A stretch of 64,000 nt of DNA, taken from Bacillota bacterium. GTDB taxonomy: Bacteria > Bacillota > UBA4882 > UBA10575. The position numbers and the translations under genes were made by a program. The notes under the pieces were generated by a model. The model saw only the letters and a list, made by a program, of their open reading frames with translations, did no database searches and was not told where the DNA came from. Each line of letters opens with the position of its first letter. The stretch's first letter is position 1. Positions 56,526 through 64,000 of this stretch are shown piece after piece. Where the stretch lies: the NCBI GenBank assembly GCA_012727425.1, contig JAAYHQ010000047.1, positions 13,155-77,154 on the forward strand, written 5' to 3'.

Positions 56526-58694
56526 ATGACGATTGAGGATTTATTACAAAAGGCAGATAAATTCAGTCCGGAAATAAAAGAGGAGATCCATCGGGCTTAC
56601 GAATTTGCCAAGGCCGCCCATAAGGGGCAACTGCGCGATTCGGGGGAAGCCTATATTAATCATCCCTTGGCGGTGGCCCATATTCTGGTGGAGATGGGTC
56701 TGGATCCCACCTCGGTCATTGCGGCGCTCCTCCATGATGTGGTGGAGGATACGGACATCCGGTTGGAGGAGATCACCAACGAATTCGGTGAAGAAGTGGC
56801 CTCGTTGGTTGATGGCTTGACGAAACTGAGCAAGATCATTTTCCAGAGCAAAGAAGAGCAACAGGTGGAAAACTTGCGGAAGATGTTTTTGGCCATGGCC
56901 AAAGATGTTCGCGTGATCCTGATTAAACTGGCTGACCGCCTGCATAACATGCGAACTCTGCACTACCTTCCCGAGGAGCGGCGGAGGCGGATCGCCCGGG
57001 AAACACTGGAGATCTACGCGCCATTGGCCCACCGGTTGGGGGTCTACCGGATGAAATGGGAGCTGGAGGACATTGCCTTCCACTGTCTTGAACCGGAGAA
57101 ATACTACGAACTGGTGGAGATGGTGGCTCAGAAAAGATCCGAACGGGAACGGGAGATCGAAGAGAACATTAAAGTCCTGGCCGAACACTTGCGGGCGATG
57201 AACTTAAAAGCTGATATTCAGGGACGACCCAAACATTTATATAGCGTCTACCAGAAAATGGTGCGACAAAACAAAGAGTTCTCGGAGATCTATGATTTGC
57301 TGGCTTTACGGGTCCTGGTCGACACGATTCAGGATTGCTACGAGGTCCTCGGAGTGGTGCATACCCTTTGGAAACCGATCCCCGGCCGGTTTAAGGATTA
57401 CATCGCGGTGCCCAAATCCAATATGTACCAGTCCCTCCACACCACGGTCATGGGGAACCGGGGGGCCCCGGTGGAGATCCAGATCCGGACATGGCAGATG
57501 CACCAGGTGGCCGAGTACGGGATCGCCGCCCACTGGCGCTACAAAGAAGGGAAGACCGTCCGGGATGAAGACTTTCTGCAGAAAATTGCCTGGCTCCGCC
57601 ATCTTCTGGAGTGGCAGGGTGAAACCAATGATGCCGATGAATTCCTCGAAAACCTGCGGGTGAACCTTTTTGAGGATGAGGTCTTTGTTTTTACCCCCAA
57701 AGGGGATGTCAAAAGTCTGCCCGCCGGGGCCACGCCGGTGGACTTTGCCTATTCAGTCCACACCCATATCGGCCACCGGTGTGTGGGAGCGAAGGTGAAT
57801 GGGCGCCTGGTTCCTCTGGATTATAAGTTGAACAACGGTGATATTGTGCAGATCCTCACCACGAAGCAAGAAGGGGGCCCCAGCCGGGATTGGTTGAACT
57901 TCGTGGTGACCTCAAAGGCGAAAAGCCGGATCCGCAGTTGGCTTCGGGAACAAAGCCGGGAAGAGTATATTCTGCTTGCCCGGGAGCAGTTGGAACGGGA
58001 ACTGAAAAAGAACGGTTATGAACCGTCTGTTTACCTGAAACCCGAAATTTTGCAGGAGGTGGCCGGGAAGTTCGGTTTTGTCCAAGGGGACGACCTTTTG
58101 TTCGCCGTTGGCGACCGTAAACTTACGTCCCGTGCGGTTGCCGCCAAACTGGTGGCGGTGAAAGAACCGGAGAAGAAACAGTTGCCGGTGGTCCCCGGGG
58201 AAAAACCGGACAAGCCGGCGGGACGGGCCAGCGGCGTGAAGGTTAAAGGGGTGCCCAACCTTTTGGTGCGTTATTCCCGCTGCTGTAATCCGGTGCCCGG
58301 CGACGAGATCATCGGTTTTACCACCAGGGGCAAGGGCGTGGCGGTGCACCGTGTGGACTGCCCAACCCTGCCCAAAGAGCCTGAGCGTTTTATTCAGGTG
58401 GAATGGGATGCGGAAGAGACCGGTGTTTATCCGTTGGCGATTAAGATTGAAGCGCAGGACCGGAACAACCTCCTGGTTGACATTATGAATGTTATGTCGT
58501 TGATGAAAATAAACGTCAGTGCCGTCAATGTGCGTACCGATAAAGGCCTGGCGTCTCTGGATTTTACGGTGGAGGTCCACCATCTGGACGAAGCAAAAGA
58601 ACTGGTCAGTAAATTGCGGACCGTAAAGAGCGTGCAGAAGGTGTTTCGTACCACCAGAGGAAAAAGAAACAGAAAGAAGGTCGAGAGGAAGTAA
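56526..58694 (+). CDS. relA: bifunctional (p)ppGpp synthetase/hydrolase RelA/SpoT (Rel)
   Basis: 722 aa. HD domain ([14 protein letters not shown]), synthetase ([15 protein letters not shown]), TGS and ACT regions. Confidence 0.92.
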   Translation: MTIEDLLQKADKFSPEIKEEIHRAYEFAKAAHKGQLRDSGEAYINHPLAVAHILVEMGLDPTSVIAALLHDVVEDTDIRLEEITNEFGEEVASLVDGLTKLSKIIFQSKEEQQVENLRKMFLAMAKDVRVILIKLADRLHNMRTLHYLPEERRRRIARETLEIYAPLAHRLGVYRMKWELEDIAFHCLEPEKYYELVEMVAQKRSEREREIEENIKVLAEHLRAMNLKADIQGRPKHLYSVYQKMVRQNKEFSEIYDLLALRVLVDTIQDCYEVLGVVHTLWKPIPGRFKDYIAVPKSNMYQSLHTTVMGNRGAPVEIQIRTWQMHQVAEYGIAAHWRYKEGKTVRDEDFLQKIAWLRHLLEWQGETNDADEFLENLRVNLFEDEVFVFTPKGDVKSLPAGATPVDFAYSVHTHIGHRCVGAKVNGRLVPLDYKLNNGDIVQILTTKQEGGPSRDWLNFVVTSKAKSRIRSWLREQSREEYILLAREQLERELKKNGYEPSVYLKPEILQEVAGKFGFVQGDDLLFAVGDRKLTSRAVAAKLVAVKEPEKKQLPVVPGEKPDKPAGRASGVKVKGVPNLLVRYSRCCNPVPGDEIIGFTTRGKGVAVHRVDCPTLPKEPERFIQVEWDAEETGVYPLAIKIEAQDRNNLLVDIMNVMSLMKINVSAVNVRTDKGLASLDFTVEVHHLDEAKELVSKLRTVKSVQKVFRTTRGKRNRKKVERK

Positions 58695-59152
58695 TGCGTG
58701 CGCTACTGCAACGGGTCAGTTCCGCCCGGGTTTCGATCGGGAACGAGGTTACCGGGGAGATTGGCCCCGGTTTGCTAGTTTTGCTCGGGGTCAGCCGGGC
58801 GGACCAAGAGGCGGATCTGCAACTCTTGGTTGAAAAGATCATCAACTTACGGATTTTCGAGGACGAGCAAGGGAAGATGAACCGCTCCGTACAAGAGGTG
58901 GGTGGGGCTATCCTGGTGGTCTCCCAGTTTACCCTCTATGCCGACTGCCGGAAGGGGCGGCGGCCGAGTTTTCTGGAGGCGGCCCCGCCCGAGATGGGAG
59001 CCGACTTGTACGAGCGGTTTATTGCAGCCCTCCGGGCCAAGGGGATGACGGTTGCCACCGGCCGTTTCGGGGCGACGATGGCCGTGGAACTGGTTAATGA
59101 CGGACCGGTCACGATCATGCTCGATACGGCCGATTGGCGAAAACAGGGATAA
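58694..59152 (+). CDS. dtd: D-aminoacyl-tRNA deacylase
   Basis: 152 aa. [33 protein letters not shown] overlaps the relA stop (TAATG). Confidence 0.92.
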   Translation: MRALLQRVSSARVSIGNEVTGEIGPGLLVLLGVSRADQEADLQLLVEKIINLRIFEDEQGKMNRSVQEVGGAILVVSQFTLYADCRKGRRPSFLEAAPPEMGADLYERFIAALRAKGMTVATGRFGATMAVELVNDGPVTIMLDTADWRKQG

Positions 59153-59242
59153 AGGTTTTGCTTGAGGAAGGTTTTACCGTTTTAGGGAAGAATTATAAAT
59201 ATTATTGGCAATGTGGCGACCAACGGAAAAAGGGGTGATGTT

Positions 59243-60778
59243 ATGCGCAGAGAACGAATCAGAACAATTATAACTGCGTTCATGGCCGTCCTGCTGCTGG
59301 CGTTGGGCGGGGGCATCAGTGCCGGCTACCGGCTGCCGGTTACCGAAGCGGTCATCTTCCCGGATGGTTGTGCTTTTCTGGTACGGAAGGGGGAGGTTGC
59401 TTTGGACAACGGTGAATGTGTCTTTGACTTCCTTCCTTTGGCCTTGAACGGAAGCCTCGAAGTGTTCTCAACCGATGCTGGGTTGATCTTGGAGGAAGTG
59501 GTAGCATACCGCGGGGAAACAACCACCGAGATCCCGGTGGCGAGTTTAGCCGAACTTTTCCGGGCGAATATGGGTAAATCCGTCCAGTTGCTGGTCAACG
59601 GGGAAAGCGTCTCCGGAACGGTCAAAGGTTTTCTGGAGCCTGCTTATCTCGTAGTCACCGTAACCGACGAGGAAGGAAACAGTACCGATCAGCTTTATCC
59701 ATTGGAATGGATTGGTGCCTACCAGTTTTCGGAGCCCGTTTCCTTAACCCGGACCGAGACCGGTTATGAAGGCAAATTAAGGGTCCGCTTCCGGGAATCA
59801 GGGGTCCGCAGCGCCACGGCGACTTATCCGGTGGGCATTAGTTATCTCCAAGCGGGACTGTCTTGGAGCCCGGAGTACATCATTAACATCGATCCTTCCG
59901 AGCAAAGCGGGGTCTTTTCCTTTTCGGGTGTAGTCACCAACGAGGTGGATGATCTAATTAACGCCACCGTTTACCTGGCGGAGAAAGGGCCGCAATTCGC
60001 TTTTGACCTGTCACCGTTGGTGATTTTCGAGACTACGGATCAAGGGTTTACAGTCCGCCGGGCGGAATTGACGGTGCGGGGCGTCCAAAGCGACAAACTG
60101 GCTTTGGCCCCCGGGGTGGAAGTGGAAGAGTTCGCTTCCCGGGTGACGTATAATATGTACCGGCGGAACGAAGTTACTCTGAAAAAAGGGGAACGCGTTT
60201 TACTGCCTCTCTACCGCAGCGGTGTGCGGGTCGAACCCCTCTACCAGGTGCGATTGACCCGTTCGTCCGCCGGTTCCGGCCCGATCAGCGTAGAACCGGT
60301 TTGGAAAGTTTACCGCATTTACAATAACTCGCCTATTCCCTGGATTGAAGGCCGGGTCATGCTCATGATGGCCGAGCGGCCCCTGGGCATGGGTGATTTC
60401 CCCTATATCCCCCGGAACCAGAGCGGCGAGATTCGGGTGATGAAGGACCCGGCCATCCGGGTGAAAGCTAGTGAAGTGGAGTTTGAACGGGTGCAAGGGG
60501 GCATTGATTTCCAGGATCGGGAGTATGCCTTTGTCCGGATCCGGGGCGAGATTGAGCTTGACAACACCAAAGATACCGAGGTTACCTTGAAGGTGACCCA
60601 TGAGGTTCCCGGGGAAGTGGTTTCGGTGGGTGAAGGGGGAACCGTGGTCCGCAAAGCGGTCCTGCAGGCCGGGCCCAACCCCATTTCCGAGCTGAATTGG
60701 GAGGTTAAGTTGTGGCCCCGCAGTCAGTACAAGTTGACTTATACCTACCAGACCTACCTGCCAATAAGGGCGTATTAA
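59243..60778 (+). CDS. secreted/anchored DUF4139-like protein
   Basis: ORF 59213..60778. ATG 59243 follows AGGGGTGA. N-terminal signal or anchor. SYLQAGLSWSPEYIINI resembles the DUF4139 core motif (from memory). Confidence 0.45.
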   Translation: MRRERIRTIITAFMAVLLLALGGGISAGYRLPVTEAVIFPDGCAFLVRKGEVALDNGECVFDFLPLALNGSLEVFSTDAGLILEEVVAYRGETTTEIPVASLAELFRANMGKSVQLLVNGESVSGTVKGFLEPAYLVVTVTDEEGNSTDQLYPLEWIGAYQFSEPVSLTRTETGYEGKLRVRFRESGVRSATATYPVGISYLQAGLSWSPEYIINIDPSEQSGVFSFSGVVTNEVDDLINATVYLAEKGPQFAFDLSPLVIFETTDQGFTVRRAELTVRGVQSDKLALAPGVEVEEFASRVTYNMYRRNEVTLKKGERVLLPLYRSGVRVEPLYQVRLTRSSAGSGPISVEPVWKVYRIYNNSPIPWIEGRVMLMMAERPLGMGDFPYIPRNQSGEIRVMKDPAIRVKASEVEFERVQGGIDFQDREYAFVRIRGEIELDNTKDTEVTLKVTHEVPGEVVSVGEGGTVVRKAVLQAGPNPISELNWEVKLWPRSQYKLTYTYQTYLPIRAY

Positions 60779-60884
60779 TCTTTATTCCCCTATAAAAGCT
60801 GATGGTTAGTGGAATGATGTAACATCTGGCGGTAGTGCGCGGAGCGGGCGGTTGCGCAATAGTAACCAGATGCGAGGTATTTAA

Positions 60885-60927
60885 AAAAAGTCCTTGGTGC
60901 GGCCCAAAGGCCGGCCAAGGACTTTTT
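60885..60927. terminator. bidirectional terminator between convergent genes
   Basis: AAAAAGTCCTTGG...CCAAGGACTTTTT (13 bp) with an inner GGCC-caaa-GGCC stem. Confidence 0.75.
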
Positions 60928-61022
60928 GGTAATGGGTAGCGCTCTCGCCGCCCGTTCCGCCCGGTAGGACTGGCCGGTACAGGCGGCCGGGCGGGTTAAA
61001 AGTGGCAGCAGAAACGCCGGGT

Positions 61023-62162
61023 TTAGCCCTTGTATAACTGGTTAAAGTAGGTGTGCGCTTCGACCAGGGCGTTTCGCATGATGTCTTCCGCCGCGGCGGT
61101 GTTGCGGTTCGCCAAGGCATACATGAGGCTATTTTTATCGAGGTTGGCGGCTGCATGGACGCAGGCTTCCCAACTGAGAATGCTGCGGACGATCCGGTCG
61201 AGGCCTTGTTCCGCATTGTCGTAGGGGCGGACCAGCATATCATGGCCGTACCACCGGTTATACCCCGCCTCTTGCAGCAGTCCGGCAATGGCAATGTTGA
61301 AGCCGGTGATTTTGGTGCCGTGGTCGATATCATAGCGGCCGGGGCCACCCAAGGTAATACCGTCATTGTACCCCTGGCTGTTCAGGTGCATGTGGACCAT
61401 GGCGTTATTATCCAGCTCTTCGACGGTATCGTAAACATGGTCGAGGCCGATCATTTCGGAATGGCCGAATTCCTTGTTGACGCCTTTTTTCGCCCGGGAG
61501 ATGCCGAACTCCTCTTCCAGTCGGCGGAAGAACAACAGGGCGGAAGCGACCGTCGGCAATAACATGGCCGGATGGCCTTCGTTGGGTTTCGGTTCGATGC
61601 CGATGTAGAGGGCACCGCCCTTTTTGGCCTCGTACTGACAGAGGGCGGCCACGCTTTCTTTCAGGTTTTGGTACATCTGTTTGACGGCCACGGTGGCCAG
61701 GTCATAGCCGTAAGAGCCGTTCCACAGGACAAAGGTGGGCGCCAGTTCCGGATCGGGGTGCCAGTTTTTCCGCAAGGGGCCATAGGCCAAATCCACGGCG
61801 CGTAAACCAAGTTCCTCCGCTTTTTTCCGTTCCTGCGGATCAAGGGAGGCGATTCCACCGTAGCCAAAGTGGCTGTGGGCGCCCGGGGTGATCATGGCAA
61901 GGTAAATCCCGGCCTCACTCATGGCGTCAGAGACTGCGGCTACATTTTCTTCGTTGATCTCCGTATCGTAATGGACCTCAAAACCAAGGGTCACCCATGC
62001 GGGCAGGCGCGGGGCGATCCGCTCTTTGATCAGGGTTACTACCCCGGCGGTATCTAACTTCTGCCCATCCCATTCTGGGCGCATGTCGGCGGGAACGAAC
62101 CCGCCTTTACCCGGACTAAATGTCCAACGGCAAATGGAATGAAAAGATCTTTTTTCACTCAT
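61023..62162 (-). CDS. xylose-isomerase-like TIM-barrel sugar isomerase (divergent, class-I-like length)
   Basis: ORF 61023..62213. ATG 62162 (MSEKRSF) lies 9 nt after AAGGAG. IEPKPNE, GVNKEFGHSEMIGL, HMHLNSQ and RYDIDHG parallel class I XI motifs. Lies next to xylB. Confidence 0.6.
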   Translation of the reverse strand: MSEKRSFHSICRWTFSPGKGGFVPADMRPEWDGQKLDTAGVVTLIKERIAPRLPAWVTLGFEVHYDTEINEENVAAVSDAMSEAGIYLAMITPGAHSHFGYGGIASLDPQERKKAEELGLRAVDLAYGPLRKNWHPDPELAPTFVLWNGSYGYDLATVAVKQMYQNLKESVAALCQYEAKKGGALYIGIEPKPNEGHPAMLLPTVASALLFFRRLEEEFGISRAKKGVNKEFGHSEMIGLDHVYDTVEELDNNAMVHMHLNSQGYNDGITLGGPGRYDIDHGTKITGFNIAIAGLLQEAGYNRWYGHDMLVRPYDNAEQGLDRIVRSILSWEACVHAAANLDKNSLMYALANRNTAAAEDIMRNALVEAHTYFNQLYKG

Positions 62163-62176
62163 TTCGGCACGCTCCT

Positions 62177-63667
62177 TTATTGCCCCAACTCCGCGGCTAA
62201 GACACTTGCCCATTGTGCATAGAGTTCCTGGTAGATGGGCGTCAGCTTTGGATTGGGTTCGATAATCTTTTGGGTCTGCAGGCCAGCGAAGGCGGCGTCC
62301 GGATTGGGATAGATCCCGGCCCCCAGTCCGGCCCCGCGGGCGGCGCCCTGGGCCCCGTCGGTATTGTAAAGTTCGACCCGGGCCCCGGTGACCGTCGCAA
62401 AGACCTCGCCGAACAGCGGACTTAAGAACATATTGGCCTGGCCGGCGCGGACCAGATCGGTCCGGACGCCCATGGTTTTCATGATGTTTAAACCGTAATT
62501 CAAGGCAAAAACAATTCCTTCTTGGGCTGCACGCAGCAAGTGACTGCGGTGGTGCAGATTGAAATTCAAACCGCGAATGGAGGCGTTGATTGGTTTATTT
62601 TCCAAGGTTCGTTCCGCCCCGTTCCCGTACGGAAAGACCATCAGGCCTTCCGCGCCCGGCGGAACCTGGGCGGCTAAATGGTTCATTTCTTCATACGAGA
62701 GCTGATCTTGCAACAGATCCTTCTTCAGCCAGCGGTTTAAGCTGCCTGTCCCGTTCAGGCAGAGAAGTATCCCGTAGCGCGGGTTCTCCGGCGTGTGGTT
62801 AACGTGTAAGAAAGTGTTTACTCGTGATTTTTGGTCGTATTCGGGTTTGGCTCCGACCCCATAAACAACCCCGCTCGTTCCGGCGGTCGCCGCCACTTCA
62901 CCGGGGTTCATCACATTAAGGGAGAAGGCGTTGTTTGGCTGGTCCCCGGCGCGGTAGGCCACCAGTGTTCCCGGTTTCAAACCCAGGGCGTCCGCTGCGG
63001 CCTTCGTTAGCTCGCCTTGCGGGGCAAAAGTAGGCACAACATCCGGTATCAGTTCCGGGTTGATGCCGTAATGGTCGAGTAGCAACGTGGCCAGTTTTTG
63101 TTCCTGGTAATCCCAGAGGATCCCTTCGGAGAGGCCGGAAGGGGTTGTTTGGATGACCCCGGTCAGTTTCATGGCCAGATAATCCCCGGGGAGCATCATC
63201 TTGTGGATCTTTTGGTAGATCTCCGGTTCGTTTTCTTGTACCCACTTTAATTTGGAAGCGGTAAAGTTCCCTGGCGAATTGAGGAAGCGGGATAAGCACA
63301 GGTCTTTCCCGAGGGCCTGGAAGGCCCGGTCGCCGATGCCGGCGGCCCGGCTGTCACACCAGATAATTGCCGGACGCAAGACCTGGCCGGCCTTGTCCAC
63401 CAGGACCAACCCGTGCATCTGGTAGGAGATTCCGATCGCCTTGATGTCCGCCGGATTGACCGCGGCTTTCGCCAGTAACATGGCGGTTGCTTCTTGTACA
63501 TGTTGCCACCAAGTGTCGGGATGTTGTTCCGCCCAGCCCGGTTGTGGGGCGTCGATGGCGAGTTCGGTTTGGGGGGAAACCGCCGAAGCCACCAACCGGC
63601 CATCGGTGGCCAGCAACGAGGCTTTGATGGAGGAACTTCCCAGGTCATAACCTAATAAATATGCCAT
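62177..63667 (-). CDS. xylB: FGGY-family carbohydrate kinase, xylulokinase-like
   Basis: ORF 62177..63676. ATG 63667 (MAYLLGYDLGSSSIKASLL). GISYQMHG..IIWCDSR..GDQPNNA..TAGTSGVV. Confidence 0.8.
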   Translation of the reverse strand: MAYLLGYDLGSSSIKASLLATDGRLVASAVSPQTELAIDAPQPGWAEQHPDTWWQHVQEATAMLLAKAAVNPADIKAIGISYQMHGLVLVDKAGQVLRPAIIWCDSRAAGIGDRAFQALGKDLCLSRFLNSPGNFTASKLKWVQENEPEIYQKIHKMMLPGDYLAMKLTGVIQTTPSGLSEGILWDYQEQKLATLLLDHYGINPELIPDVVPTFAPQGELTKAAADALGLKPGTLVAYRAGDQPNNAFSLNVMNPGEVAATAGTSGVVYGVGAKPEYDQKSRVNTFLHVNHTPENPRYGILLCLNGTGSLNRWLKKDLLQDQLSYEEMNHLAAQVPPGAEGLMVFPYGNGAERTLENKPINASIRGLNFNLHHRSHLLRAAQEGIVFALNYGLNIMKTMGVRTDLVRAGQANMFLSPLFGEVFATVTGARVELYNTDGAQGAARGAGLGAGIYPNPDAAFAGLQTQKIIEPNPKLTPIYQELYAQWASVLAAELGQ

Positions 63668-63734
63668 TTTCACCACCCTTTTTTCAGTTTGGTGTAACTG
63701 TTTTAACTTCCGTAATCACCTCGCTTTCTGCTTT

Positions 63735-64000
63735 TTAGGGCAGCGCATTGACGATCTTTTCGAGCACGATTGTTCCCATGCCTAAAGCGGCCGCCTTATT
63801 TCCGAGTTGGGAAAATTCCAAGCGGACACCGGCAAAGGACTTTTCCAGGGTCCGCTCTTTGATTTCGCGCAGGAGCGAATTGAAGATCAACGATTTCACG
63901 TTGGTAATTTCCCCCCCGATGATCACCATCTCCGGATTCAGACCATTGATCACGCTGGCGATTCCCAGACCCAAATAGGTGGTTACCGTCTGGAGGACTT
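63735..64000 (-). CDS. ROK-family protein (XylR-like regulator or sugar kinase); N-terminal part lies off the right edge
   Basis: The frame stays open past the ORF-track TTG at 63974, through to position 64000 (..VLQTVTTYLGLGIASVINGLNPEMVIIGGEI..), which is a ROK C-terminal pattern. Confidence 0.7.
   Translation of the reverse strand, partial: VLQTVTTYLGLGIASVINGLNPEMVIIGGEITNVKSLIFNSLLREIKERTLEKSFAGVRLEFSQLGNKAAALGMGTIVLEKIVNALP

Noticed and set aside
60881-61366. 161-aa minus-strand ORF spanning the bidirectional terminator and the isomerase 3' end.
   Set aside because: It crosses a strong terminator hairpin, is an alternative frame of the isomerase gene, and is Pro/Thr/Ala-rich.

Overview
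This is a housekeeping-type chromosomal window, GC-rich by eye. It looks like an endospore-forming Bacillota-like organism that also carries outer-membrane hardware. All protein calls come from motif and whole-sequence recognition by eye; no BLAST or HMM search was possible.

Gene content, left to right:
- a partial uridine-kinase-like gene
- a polar amino-acid ABC transporter (minus strand)
- a REC-GAF-PAS-HisKA-HATPase-REC hybrid kinase, preceded by an odd leader made of a short ORF plus a terminator
- a BMP-family (nucleoside-type) ABC transporter
- panE, sfsA and a DMT transporter
- a preQ1-I riboswitch followed by yhhQ and queF
- MATE, PiT and ubiE/menG
- tRNA-Gly(CCC) and tRNA-Thr(CGU)
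- a 2x[4Fe-4S] ferredoxin
- a CheC-like plus RHH gene pair
- fadD and a ywmB-like gene
- a SleB/CwlJ-type hydrolase whose N-terminal beta-barrel-like module is paralogous to a nearby free-standing small OMP-like protein
- PBP1A, nif3 and hflX
- spoIID, a LytM/SpoIIQ-like gene, spoIIID, mbl, then flgF-flgG-flgA-flgH-flgI-flgJ(N)
- a guanine-riboswitch-controlled purE-S-Q-L-F-M-N-H-D operon (minus strand)
- a membrane protein and an RsmC-like methyltransferase
- tRNA-Pro(UGG) and tRNA-Gly(UCC)
- a small TM ORF, then secD, secF, a yrvD-like gene, recJ, relA and dtd
- a DUF4139-like secreted protein
- ROK(xylR-like), xylB and a divergent xylose-isomerase-like gene (minus strand)

I see no transposase, integrase, CRISPR array, rRNA, prophage or recognisable defence island. 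Most of the window is ordinary core genome.

The most interesting items are:
1. sporulation genes running directly into flagellar L/P-ring genes, a signature of a diderm spore-former
2. the barrel-SleB fusion and its paralog
3. candidate cis-regulatory small ORFs or leaders upstream of secDF and of the hybrid kinase
4. an orphan three-tier hairpin of about 100 nt between flgJ and purD
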